A stretch of 47,851 nucleotides of DNA, taken from positions 1 to 47,851 of the IMG/VR virus record IMGVR_UViG_3300001866_000016. The stretch is one strand, 5' to 3'. The stretch comes from a virus. Lineage: Duplodnaviria > Caudoviricetes. The translations under genes and the position numbers were made by a program. Below the pieces are notes generated by a model. That model was not told the DNA's origin. It did no database searches and was given only the letters and a program-made list of their open reading frames with translations. Shown piece by piece: positions 16,555 to 25,677 of the stretch; the stretch's first letter is position 1; every line of letters begins with the position of its first letter.

Positions 16555-18018
16555 TTATTTCTTGAATGGCGCGTCTTCTGTGTAATCGACTGTAAACCCA
16601 AAGAATGACCAATACGCATTTGATCCATTCTCTATTCCTTCAATTTGTAATAGATGTCCCTTATTAGGATTTATCTGGAATTCATCTATATATTTCTTTA
16701 TCTCTCCCAATGGTCTAAATTCTGTTATTGCTTGCGCATTAGCGTCCCAGACTCTCGCCTTTAACTTCAATCCCATTGCCCTATCTGTATATGTAACTAT
16801 CTTATTTAAGACCTTCTTTATATGTGGATAATCAAAGTGCAACGCACCTGTCTGGAACCAAGAGTGTATTGGCTGGCCATTATCCGTTGGCAAGAATGTT
16901 GAATCGCTATATTGGCCATGCCTCATAACGCTACCAACACTTGTTCCCATCCACAACGCGTCTTTACCAGACGAAAAGTATTTACCAAATACAGTCATTG
17001 TATTGTAATATTCGTGTATTCTCCATGTCTGTGTGGGTATATTAAACACTGCTGTGCAATTAGAATATGCCACTCCGTTGACAGTTACAGATCCTAGATA
17101 TAGGTAATACTCCTCGCCGACAATCTCGGCAAAAGAATTTTTCATGTTTGAGGCACGAATAAAGTCTATAATCCTGCCAGCGATATTATTTGGTCTGCCA
17201 CCAGTAGACGCCCATACGCCATCTCGATTAGCCCAAATGGTATATGCACCAGAGTTTTTTATTGTTCTGTGATTAGAACATCCAACATCAAAAACCTTTT
17301 TAAAAGATTCTTGGTTATACATGTATGTTGAGTATTCTGTGAATATCAACATCTCATCCCAGTTTTCGCCAAGACCAGTTATAGCTTCAGAATAATCTAC
17401 GTCAATAAAGTCCGTAGCCACTGTCCAAGAAATAGTCCCAGCAGATGGAACTGACGAGAAATAAACGCGATATGGATATGCCGCACTGCCAGAATAACAG
17501 TTGCCTAAATATAATCTGTCTCTATATCTTTTTATATATTTAGCGTTAGGCATGTTGGTTGTATTTGTAGTCCCGAATGTTGTGCCAGTTAATGTTCGTA
17601 CAGGCAACCAAACCGCATCTGTTGAATCGTAACCAACAAAGAAACAATACTCAATAAACGCCTCCATCTCTACATTGGCGTCTTCATAGCCTGACCACGC
17701 CGTCTCTGCATCAGTTAGTTCAGTCCATGAGCTACCTGTTGAGTATAATAATTGCATTGCATTGTCATTGGCATTATTTACTGTAGCCAATACTTTTGAT
17801 GTAGTCTCGTTCTGTCTAAAATTATATAAACCAGTTATAGAATTATTGGCCTCTAAGGCAGAGCCTACTATTACATAGCCAGGCCTCTTTAATATAGACC
17901 CTAGTTTATACGATGTATTCACATTGCTCATCGTATACAAACCATTATCAGGGATGAGCATTGGCGCTACATCTGTATAAGCACCCTCAATAAAACTTAG
18001 ATAATGTTTTACAGCCAT
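16555..18018 (-). CDS. tail nozzle / DNA stabilisation protein (P22 gp10- or T7 gp12-like position)
   Basis: Beta-propeller-like; YRDRLY and RVYFS motifs; gene order. Confidence 0.7.
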   Translation of the reverse strand: MAVKHYLSFIEGAYTDVAPMLIPDNGLYTMSNVNTSYKLGSILKRPGYVIVGSALEANNSITGLYNFRQNETTSKVLATVNNANDNAMQLLYSTGSSWTELTDAETAWSGYEDANVEMEAFIEYCFFVGYDSTDAVWLPVRTLTGTTFGTTNTTNMPNAKYIKRYRDRLYLGNCYSGSAAYPYRVYFSSVPSAGTISWTVATDFIDVDYSEAITGLGENWDEMLIFTEYSTYMYNQESFKKVFDVGCSNHRTIKNSGAYTIWANRDGVWASTGGRPNNIAGRIIDFIRASNMKNSFAEIVGEEYYLYLGSVTVNGVAYSNCTAVFNIPTQTWRIHEYYNTMTVFGKYFSSGKDALWMGTSVGSVMRHGQYSDSTFLPTDNGQPIHSWFQTGALHFDYPHIKKVLNKIVTYTDRAMGLKLKARVWDANAQAITEFRPLGEIKKYIDEFQINPNKGHLLQIEGIENGSNAYWSFFGFTVDYTEDAPFKK

Positions 18019-18019
18019 A

Positions 18020-19456
18020 TTAATAAGAGAATGTATAATAGTCTTCAGCCTCTGTAACCTGTGTCATATCTCTAGCCGCATCCTTTTCGAGTTCCTCGTA
18101 GAATCTATCCATCAATGTTTCGGCGTCTTCTGAATTACCTTTTCTATGTTCTATCTCGCTACCAATATAAAGTTTTGCTGTTCTTGTATATGTTATATCC
18201 GTTACATTGGATAACGCGGTCAATCTAGAAAGCGCCTTGAAGTATTTAAACTTTATCTTTCTATTAGCAATGTTTGATTCACATGGCTTATTTAAGATTA
18301 TCTCACCATTAAAAACAGTATATTTATCAGGAGTAGCAGGGGTGACACCATACCAAACTACTGTACCAACCGCCCTTGTGTCAGTTATAGCCCCCGTACC
18401 AGACGCTGGAATTCCAGTAAGTGTTGAGGACGCCTCAGTATTACCAGTAAAAGTTATAAGATCCTCACCAACATAAGCAGAACCAGATTCTGGAAATTCA
18501 TAAGTATCACTAAGGACTAAAGACGTATCGCCAGCTGACGCTGCTGTGGCTACAGTGGCTCTAACTAATCCGTCTAATTCTTCTTCCATCTCGTCGTGAT
18601 CTATATAATCCAATTCATCAGCGCCAATCTTTACTTGTATTATTCCTTGGAAAGAATCTGGATATTTCATGTCATATGTCAATGAAGACAACGCATATTC
18701 ATTTTCATTTTCAGATATAGCAATAGATGAAGTATCTTCATAAATCTCAAACGTCCAATCTTTTGGTATGCCACTTTCATCGACATAAGACGTGACTGCG
18801 TCTTGCCAATCATTTACCTTATCAAGCAACCAGTCCCAAGTAATCAAATCGCCATCTACGTCAGCCTTAACGTGTTTGAGTGCGCTTTCAATTAATTTCT
18901 TGGCAGTATTATAAGCAAGACCAGTTGAAGGTACATAATCAGATGCCGAGCTAGATGTAGTCCCATCAAAAAATACTGCATAATAATAACTGTATGTTGT
19001 ATCTGTAGATATTAAAGTCCATTCAGAATATGGTCTGTCCCACTGTATTTCAAATGCGTCTCCAGTTATGGCGTCAATAGACGCTATCAGAGTGCCAGAT
19101 CCACCATCGGTAGACGCGCCATATATCTTAATCTTGCGTTCAAAGATACGTGTAACAGGTGTGTCTATCTCGTGACTAAACTTAGTTGTATTGGTTATAG
19201 TCAATGATGTACCACGAGTTACTGCACCATTTACGTCACACTCTTCTGTCTTTGCGTCTCCTACCTCGCCTAAAATAAACCAGTCATCATCCTCGTAATT
19301 GTTATTATCTCTAACTGTTAATGTAGTCCCTCCTGCTGTCAGAGGAGCCGTCATGGACGTTCTGGTATACCCAGAAATATCAGGATGAGCAATCCTGATT
19401 GTTGATCCAACTATATCTATTATTGTTGGGATTTGTAGTACTTTTGCTGTTGACAT
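18020..19456 (-). CDS. head-to-tail adaptor-like virion protein with extra beta domains
   Basis: Helical adaptor-like segments plus Thr/Ser-rich inserts; gene order. Confidence 0.55.
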   Translation of the reverse strand: MSTAKVLQIPTIIDIVGSTIRIAHPDISGYTRTSMTAPLTAGGTTLTVRDNNNYEDDDWFILGEVGDAKTEECDVNGAVTRGTSLTITNTTKFSHEIDTPVTRIFERKIKIYGASTDGGSGTLIASIDAITGDAFEIQWDRPYSEWTLISTDTTYSYYYAVFFDGTTSSSASDYVPSTGLAYNTAKKLIESALKHVKADVDGDLITWDWLLDKVNDWQDAVTSYVDESGIPKDWTFEIYEDTSSIAISENENEYALSSLTYDMKYPDSFQGIIQVKIGADELDYIDHDEMEEELDGLVRATVATAASAGDTSLVLSDTYEFPESGSAYVGEDLITFTGNTEASSTLTGIPASGTGAITDTRAVGTVVWYGVTPATPDKYTVFNGEIILNKPCESNIANRKIKFKYFKALSRLTALSNVTDITYTRTAKLYIGSEIEHRKGNSEDAETLMDRFYEELEKDAARDMTQVTEAEDYYTFSY

Positions 19457-19471
19457 AATATTTAGCTAATC

Positions 19472-19493
19472 CTAGCCTAATAAAATAGGCTAG
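19472..19493. terminator. intergenic hairpin
   Basis: CTAGCCTA-N6-TAGGCTAG. Confidence 0.45.
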
Positions 19494-19504
19494 AGATCAG
19501 ACAA

Positions 19505-19720
19505 CTATTTTGTATTAGACATGAATTTCCAAATAGCATTGGAAAAGATTGACCAGAAGGCAACAACCATTGGCGTATATTCTCCAAAATCAAATCCAGG
19601 GATTTGTTCTGTAACATACGTTAAGAGTGCGCCAACTGTTGCAATAATTGCACCCCTTCCGATTTTCTTCCAATCATACTGGCTGAGCCAGAATCTCGCT
19701 GAACCTTTTGATGTAGACAT
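19505..19720 (-). CDS. holin-like membrane protein
   Basis: Two hydrophobic helices (DWKKIGRGAIIA...); follows the peptidase. Confidence 0.65.
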   Translation of the reverse strand: MSTSKGSARFWLSQYDWKKIGRGAIIATVGALLTYVTEQIPGFDFGEYTPMVVAFWSIFSNAIWKFMSNTK

Positions 19721-19730
19721 ATAATAATTA

Positions 19731-20798
19731 TTAAGATTTATATTCACTTCTTAGTTTTTCAAAGTTCCAAATATGACTGCCAACGCGACGGTAATTGTAA
19801 CAGTCATTGATGCAATCTGTGTAAGAGTATCCCCCATAGACAATAGCGTTAATGTATACAAGCCAGAACCTTCCTGCCGCCTCGTATACGCTTTGATTAT
19901 TGAACCTCTTGAAACGAACCTGAAGTATCTTTGCTGTTTCCTGTTCGTTCATCTCACGTCGTGGCTTTCCGTAGTGGTCAAGACAATACTGAAACTCTTT
20001 ACGTGCCTCGTCCCTCTTTTGTTTCCAATCCTCATCAAGTGTCTTTATGATATAGCCCATTGAAAACTCATACCCTGCGCCAAATGTTCTATAACCTTCT
20101 GTCCTTCTAACGTAGCCCAACGTATCAAATATAATCGGTCTGTTTAGCTCGTCCCAACCTGCCACAACCACAATGTGATTGCTCTTGCCACCCGACCCCA
20201 AGAAATTACTGTTCTTGTAGTAGTCCCCCTCAATTCGTACCGCGACCAAGAGTGGACGCTTGTACAGGAACATTGCAGTTTTCATATCCTGCCAGTTGCC
20301 CTTTACTTTCACATAACCTGGTATCTTGTATGCGTTTTCAAATGGTATTTTTACCGCCTCCATGCGTGTTGATGAAAACCAGTTATCGGGTATGCTGTTT
20401 GGATTTTCTGGCAATGGCAATTTCTCGTAAGATACAAGCCCCTGCGTACGCGCAACCTCTAAATTATTGCCAATGTTAGAGCCAAGATGTCCACCACCTG
20501 CATTGAAAAACAAGTGTACTTGTGAAAACTTGCGCACCTCGCCAGTCTTTAGGCGCAAGTATTGTTCTGCTAGTGTTGTTACTGCGTTTGCAACGCACGT
20601 CATTGTTGCGCCTTGATACTCATATTCCATTCCGTCCAACTTGTACTTGTCTGGCAATTCCAACCCCTCAACAATAAATGATTTAGGCAACTCTACTCCA
20701 CCCAAAAGCCCTAGCTCGTCCGCCCACGGCTCATTGTAATTTGGCATTTCGTCTAAAAGACCTGTACCAAATATTCGTGTTTTGAGTTCTTTTATCAT
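19731..20798 (-). CDS. papain-like (C1-type) cysteine peptidase, putative lysin
   Basis: YQGATMTCVANA (Gln/Cys), NHIVVVAGWD (His), IIFDTLG; flanked by membrane genes. Confidence 0.75.
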   Translation of the reverse strand: MIKELKTRIFGTGLLDEMPNYNEPWADELGLLGGVELPKSFIVEGLELPDKYKLDGMEYEYQGATMTCVANAVTTLAEQYLRLKTGEVRKFSQVHLFFNAGGGHLGSNIGNNLEVARTQGLVSYEKLPLPENPNSIPDNWFSSTRMEAVKIPFENAYKIPGYVKVKGNWQDMKTAMFLYKRPLLVAVRIEGDYYKNSNFLGSGGKSNHIVVVAGWDELNRPIIFDTLGYVRRTEGYRTFGAGYEFSMGYIIKTLDEDWKQKRDEARKEFQYCLDHYGKPRREMNEQETAKILQVRFKRFNNQSVYEAAGRFWLVYINAIVYGGYSYTDCINDCYNYRRVGSHIWNFEKLRSEYKS

Positions 20799-21022
20799 AA
20801 TTTATTCTTAAGAATATAATCGCACGCTTGAATAACCCCTGCTACAAGCGCAGAACCAACTCCCATAAGTACTAACCCTACAAGTCCATACACAAGGCGT
20901 TCCACAAGAGCAAAGCGCAATTTGGGCGCAAAGCGTCTATCAAAACCGCCAATCTCGTCCTTGATCCACTTTAGGTCTGTTTTTATTTCAGCAACACACA
21001 TTGCTACTTCCTCCTCTTTCAT
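20795..21022 (-). CDS. single-TM holin/hemolysin-like protein
   Basis: EIKTDLKWIK coiled coil followed by one TM helix. Confidence 0.6.
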   Translation of the reverse strand: MKEEEVAMCVAEIKTDLKWIKDEIGGFDRRFAPKLRFALVERLVYGLVGLVLMGVGSALVAGVIQACDYILKNKL

Positions 21023-21189
21023 AAACTATAATTTTCCTTAAATATAGATAAGCAACTCTCACATAATGTCAGAGTGCCTTGTAGTGTTTCTATCTCGCCA
21101 TCGTCAGTCTCAACAATCTGTACCTCATCAAATGGATAATAGATGTGTTTAGGATTGAGGATTTCTTGTGAACATTTTTCGCATTGCAT
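21019..21189 (-). CDS. 56-aa zinc-ribbon protein (not in the ORF track)
   Basis: MQCEKCSQE...LCESCLSIFKENYSL*; fills the gap exactly, with an ATGA overlap. Confidence 0.75.
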   Translation of the reverse strand: MQCEKCSQEILNPKHIYYPFDEVQIVETDDGEIETLQGTLTLCESCLSIFKENYSL

Positions 21190-21190
21190 A

Positions 21191-21841
21191 TTATCTATCT
21201 AAATGTATATTTGTGTGTCTTATAATAAGGTCTTGTGTATCTGTTGTGTTTCTGCACCCTAGCCATACTATATCGCCAGCGATTAGCATCACCTCGCCAC
21301 CACTTCCTGCAACACCATATCCAGTATTTCCGAATAATCGTTCTGTGGCCGCCTCGTCAATAGCAGTAGAGTTTACATACGGCTCAACCACTACGTTTTT
21401 GTTTGATACCGCCACAGACGCAGAGATCGAATATGAGAAGCTATAAGCACCGCCAAAACCTGTATTGACCTGAAGCCCAGAGCCACGTTGCCAACTGCCA
21501 GTATCTGACGCGGAGTTATACGCTACATCAGTACAATCAAAAGTATTATCGTCTATCTTTGTTATAACTGTTACTCCGTTATGTGCCGCGTCGCCCATGC
21601 CATTTAAGGTTACTGTTTGGCCTGTTGTTAATCCGTGAGCTGCTGAAGTACACCTTAATTTGCCACCACTATTTGCTGTGTTTGTTACAGAGCCAGTCGT
21701 AGAACTTATAAACGTAAACGCAGTATCTATATCACCCTCTAACAATCCTGTTAGGGCATGATAAACATCAGTAGTGTTTATAGATATTGTTTCACTACCT
21801 TCATAAAGATACATTGACCCTTTTGCTCTAGTTTCTCCCAT
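21191..21841 (-). CDS. virion protein with an FCCH-like beta domain
   Basis: TSAAHGLTTGQTVTL...ITKIDDNTF pattern. Confidence 0.6.
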   Translation of the reverse strand: MGETRAKGSMYLYEGSETISINTTDVYHALTGLLEGDIDTAFTFISSTTGSVTNTANSGGKLRCTSAAHGLTTGQTVTLNGMGDAAHNGVTVITKIDDNTFDCTDVAYNSASDTGSWQRGSGLQVNTGFGGAYSFSYSISASVAVSNKNVVVEPYVNSTAIDEAATERLFGNTGYGVAGSGGEVMLIAGDIVWLGCRNTTDTQDLIIRHTNIHLDR

Positions 21842-21842
21842 A

Positions 21843-23114
21843 TTATCCTATTATAAATAAGTTAGAGCCGTCGGAATAATAAGCACGCCAACCATAATCA
21901 TCTGCTATTGTATCTGACGGCGCGCCGTCTATTGTTTGTCCACCCTCTGTGGCTATTGTTATGTTGTTTACACTAGCGTTTCCGTCCTCATCTTTTACAA
22001 TAATTATATTACCTGCCTCCGCTATATCGTCGCTATCTATCGTTAAGGTATAAGCACCGCCAGTTGACTGCACTCCATAAATAACGTGTGCATTGTCTGT
22101 GTTTCTTGTTGAGGAAACTGACAAACGCGAAAAGTGTACTGTATGGTCGCACCACACCTCATCATCAAACTCAACCTTTCCAGTACCTGTCTTTATAGCC
22201 CATGCGTTTGTTATACCAGTTGCTCTTTGGTTTTCAACTAACAGTCCGTACTGATTTGTGATTGTGTTGTTCACGCCTGTGCCAGTTGGCGCAACAGCCC
22301 ATATTGTATACGCGCTTGTAACTGCCGACGTGCCAGATGTTTGTGTAATAATTCCACCTCGCAAGCCAAACGCTGTTGTTATTGCACCCACGTTCACGCT
22401 TGAACTGACTGCACCAACACCAACTTGTCCGACAAGTCCGCCCATTTCATCACAAGTACCAGTTGCGTTGTGTAGCACGTTAAAGACAAGCCCTGCCATG
22501 CGGTTATTGCCTGTACCAGATTTTGTTACAGTACCTCCAGTTCTTACTGATACGTTTATTCCGTGATGTGGTTGTGAGTGAGTACCTGTATTGTGTTGTG
22601 AGGAAACGCTAAGTCCTATAACTCCCTGTCCTGCCGATGTAGTACCAGCCCAAAATCCGCCAGCAGGCTCTAGTTTCAAAGCCTCTGTTATGCTATTTGT
22701 AGGGATTGTAGAGCTAAATGTAGCAACTGGGTCTGGTCCTGTGCGTCCAAAAATAACATGAGTAGAGTCGTCATTTTTCAACACTCTAAGAGTACCTGCT
22801 ATATCAAATGTTTTGCCAGGTGCTGCCACGTTGATACCAATAGAGTCTGCCGAAGCGTCTACGAAAAATAAGTTAGCGAGTGTATCGCCTGCGAATCTAA
22901 CATCTAGTGCTGACGAGCCACCATTGTTCCACACGAGGCCAGCAGATGATGTCATTGTTAGCGCGTCTGTAACTGGCGACGCACCACCCAAATCAAAACG
23001 TATAGTATCGTCGTCTGCGGTTTTCTCTAGCCATATACCAGTATCTCTGTCAGTATCAAAAAGGTCTGTCAGTTCAAATGGCTTTGTTGGTATATGTACT
23101 CTAGCAGAAATCAT
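21843..23114 (-). CDS. fibre/spike-like virion protein
   Basis: G/T/S-rich; C-terminal IVKDEDGNASVNNITI..QTIDG..SDGSN motif common in tail fibre tips. Confidence 0.7.
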   Translation of the reverse strand: MISARVHIPTKPFELTDLFDTDRDTGIWLEKTADDDTIRFDLGGASPVTDALTMTSSAGLVWNNGGSSALDVRFAGDTLANLFFVDASADSIGINVAAPGKTFDIAGTLRVLKNDDSTHVIFGRTGPDPVATFSSTIPTNSITEALKLEPAGGFWAGTTSAGQGVIGLSVSSQHNTGTHSQPHHGINVSVRTGGTVTKSGTGNNRMAGLVFNVLHNATGTCDEMGGLVGQVGVGAVSSSVNVGAITTAFGLRGGIITQTSGTSAVTSAYTIWAVAPTGTGVNNTITNQYGLLVENQRATGITNAWAIKTGTGKVEFDDEVWCDHTVHFSRLSVSSTRNTDNAHVIYGVQSTGGAYTLTIDSDDIAEAGNIIIVKDEDGNASVNNITIATEGGQTIDGAPSDTIADDYGWRAYYSDGSNLFIIG

Positions 23115-23881
23115 ATAATCTTTGTTGTCCAGTTCACATCATCACCAGCATTTGTTGATCCAAAGTAAACTACTGTATTACCTCCAAGCTCAAATACGAT
23201 GTCTTTGGAGACAAATCTATTCCCGTATGTAGCAGATGGTATGGACGAATTACCAAAACCAAAACGTATTGTCCCATCCGCATTTTCTTTTGACACAACT
23301 AATACATAACTTTGTGCTGGAACAGATCCCGCAGCTGGAACCTGATACCATGTATTAGTCGCAGCAAGAGCTACTGTTCCGCAAGCCCCAGTCCCAGCTA
23401 GTTGTGATAATTTTGCCGATACTGTTTGCAAGGTAGTTTCTGTAGCAAAGTCTTTAGCGGCGAGCGTTGCTAAATTACCCCCGCTCTCAAGCGCAAGTAA
23501 AGAAGTATTGAGATCAGTGCCAGCGTTTGCTGTTACTGTTCCTGTAACTGTCACATCATTATTTGCCCCTAGATTAACAGTTAGCCCGTTAGTCGAATCA
23601 CCAGAAATTCTATCCCACGCCGAGCCATCCCAGCCCATAACCATTGCCATGACTGAAGTAGTTGTAGGATTGGTAAAGTTGTCAGTTATAGCAGCCGCAG
23701 TTGGGAATTCAGAATCAACTGTTACAGACGGCATTGTAAGAACGTCAACCTGATAATGCGTACCTGAAACACCACCAGCCAAAGTAGACAAATAACTATT
23801 TGCGGTATCTTGCTTGGACTCAATAGCTAATGTTTCGCCAGGTGTTAAAGAGTCTTCAGAAAATGAAAACGTCCTTGGCAT
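23111..23881 (-). CDS. fibre-like virion protein
   Basis: ANAGTDLNTSLLALESGGNL and DFATETTL motifs. Confidence 0.6.
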   Translation of the reverse strand: MPRTFSFSEDSLTPGETLAIESKQDTANSYLSTLAGGVSGTHYQVDVLTMPSVTVDSEFPTAAAITDNFTNPTTTSVMAMVMGWDGSAWDRISGDSTNGLTVNLGANNDVTVTGTVTANAGTDLNTSLLALESGGNLATLAAKDFATETTLQTVSAKLSQLAGTGACGTVALAATNTWYQVPAAGSVPAQSYVLVVSKENADGTIRFGFGNSSIPSATYGNRFVSKDIVFELGGNTVVYFGSTNAGDDVNWTTKII

Positions 23882-23883
23882 AT

Positions 23884-24747
23884 TTATTTTATGTCATTTT
23901 CCAATAGATATTTCTCTATTCCCTTCTCGTCCAGTAGTGCTTTAAAACGACGTATCTTTGTCTCTACACTTTCTTCCAGTTTCTTGAATGCTGATATCTT
24001 CGCATTAATATTTTCCTCAAAAATATCGTATTCTCTTTGTTTCTTAGAAGTCTCAATCTCGAGTCTCTTTAACTCATTTTGAGAGTTATCAAGTTTCAGA
24101 CTGATCTCTTTTAGTTCTATTTCTTTATCACCAATCTCCTCGCTCTTTAATTTCAGTTCAGTAATCTTATTTTCCATTTTAGAAATTTCCATCTGTATAT
24201 TATCCTTTTCTAAAATTGATGTATTTATCTCACTCTTAATAAAGGCTAGATGTGCTTTATCAGATTCAATTTCTATATTAAGAAGCGAGTTTTTACTCTG
24301 TAGATCCTCACCCTCTATCTTTAATTTAGAAATAAAATCCTCCATTTCGGCGATTTCCTTCTTGAGTTTTTCAGATTGCTGTTTGCCTTCAGTAGTTATC
24401 TTAGAGATGCCATCATTAATGGTATCCTCTAATTGCGAAATCTTGATTTGTAATTTTTCTAAATCCTCTTTCTTCTTCTTTGTCTCAGCAGCTACGAGTT
24501 CCTTTTCTCTTTCAAAGGACAATCTTTCTTTTTCTATTTTCTTGATTTTGTCTAATTCCTCTTTTTGTTTAAAAACAAGATCCTCTTTTTCTTTCTCAAA
24601 ATCAAAAATCTCTTTTTCTATTTCTTTCTTCTCCTCTAGAAGTTTTTGAATCTTTTCTTGCGTGCTTATCGCGACATTATCAAAATAACTAGCACGCTTT
24701 TTAGCGTCATCTTCTGGAAGAGATTTGGGTTTAACAAATCTTCTCAC
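23884..24747 (-). CDS. long coiled-coil protein
   Basis: E/K/I-rich heptads. Confidence 0.75.
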   Translation of the reverse strand: MRRFVKPKSLPEDDAKKRASYFDNVAISTQEKIQKLLEEKKEIEKEIFDFEKEKEDLVFKQKEELDKIKKIEKERLSFEREKELVAAETKKKKEDLEKLQIKISQLEDTINDGISKITTEGKQQSEKLKKEIAEMEDFISKLKIEGEDLQSKNSLLNIEIESDKAHLAFIKSEINTSILEKDNIQMEISKMENKITELKLKSEEIGDKEIELKEISLKLDNSQNELKRLEIETSKKQREYDIFEENINAKISAFKKLEESVETKIRRFKALLDEKGIEKYLLENDIK

Positions 24748-24751
24748 ACTT

Positions 24752-25363
24752 TTAGTTAACTATTTTATTATAAACACGTGCCTTAACAGTAACCTCGCCC
24801 TCTGTGCCAGCAGTTGGATGAATGCCAAACCATTTAGCGCGCGCAATGTTAATATCAAACTGTCTGTGATCATCAGCTGTAGCCACGACAAATCCAGTAT
24901 CACCATCGATACTGGCGCCATCCTCCTTATCAATCATGTCAACATAATCAAACTGATTGGAGGCAGTTTGTGATGCGCCAATATTAGGCGCGCTTTCCTG
25001 GTCAGACGCCCATGGTTTTAAAGTCATAGCTGCATCTCCTCCACCATCAGTATCAATAGTAATAGAAATTGCTTCTGTATCATCTACCAAGATTGCAGGA
25101 ACATCTATTTGTGCCCAAGATCCAGTGCCAGCACCAATTCCTACTCCGACTGAACCATCAAGAGAGAATGTATCAGCAGTTACTTTTGTAACCTTCCAAG
25201 TTCCATTGGCGCTAGTATTAGTAGCGTGGCTGGTAATTACAACATAATCACCAGTAGCCAAACCATGACCTACGTCAGTTACAACAATCGGCGTTGCGTT
25301 TGTCGAACTATCAATTGCTCGAACCTTTCGAGCATTCATAATTGTGTATTGAGTTGAAGACAT
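24752..25363 (-). CDS. virion protein with an FCCH-like domain
   Basis: TNATPIVVT..GHGLATGDYVVI..ANGTWKVTKVTADTFSL. Confidence 0.65.
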   Translation of the reverse strand: MSSTQYTIMNARKVRAIDSSTNATPIVVTDVGHGLATGDYVVITSHATNTSANGTWKVTKVTADTFSLDGSVGVGIGAGTGSWAQIDVPAILVDDTEAISITIDTDGGGDAAMTLKPWASDQESAPNIGASQTASNQFDYVDMIDKEDGASIDGDTGFVVATADDHRQFDINIARAKWFGIHPTAGTEGEVTVKARVYNKIVN

Positions 25364-25397
25364 AAAGTATATTTTTAATTTAATAAATTACTCTATC

Positions 25398-25423
25398 GGT
25401 GAGAGTATAAATATACTCTCACC
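25398..25423. terminator. perfect intergenic hairpin
   Basis: GGTGAGAGTATA-AA-TATACTCTCACC. Confidence 0.55.
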
Positions 25424-25436
25424 CAAGACAAATCTA

Positions 25437-25652
25437 TTAAGCGATTTCATCTGTAGCCTCATCAACTACATCTTCTGTAGCCTCATCAGCTACATCTTCT
25501 GTAGCCTCATCAGCTACATCTTCTGTAGCCTCATCAGCTACATCTTCTGTAGCCTCATCAGCTACATCTTCTGTAGCCTCATCAACTACTGACGATTCGT
25601 CAGTCAAGGTAGCCTCAATAGTCTCCTCAACTTTTAATTCTTCTTCACCCAT
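25437..25652 (-). CDS. acidic repeat microprotein (DEATEDVA)x6
   Basis: In-frame 24-bp tandem repeat at ~25450-25590. Confidence 0.65.
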   Translation of the reverse strand: MGEEELKVEETIEATLTDESSVVDEATEDVADEATEDVADEATEDVADEATEDVADEATEDVVDEATDEIA

Positions 25653-25677
25653 AATTTTTAATTAAGAATTAAATTAA

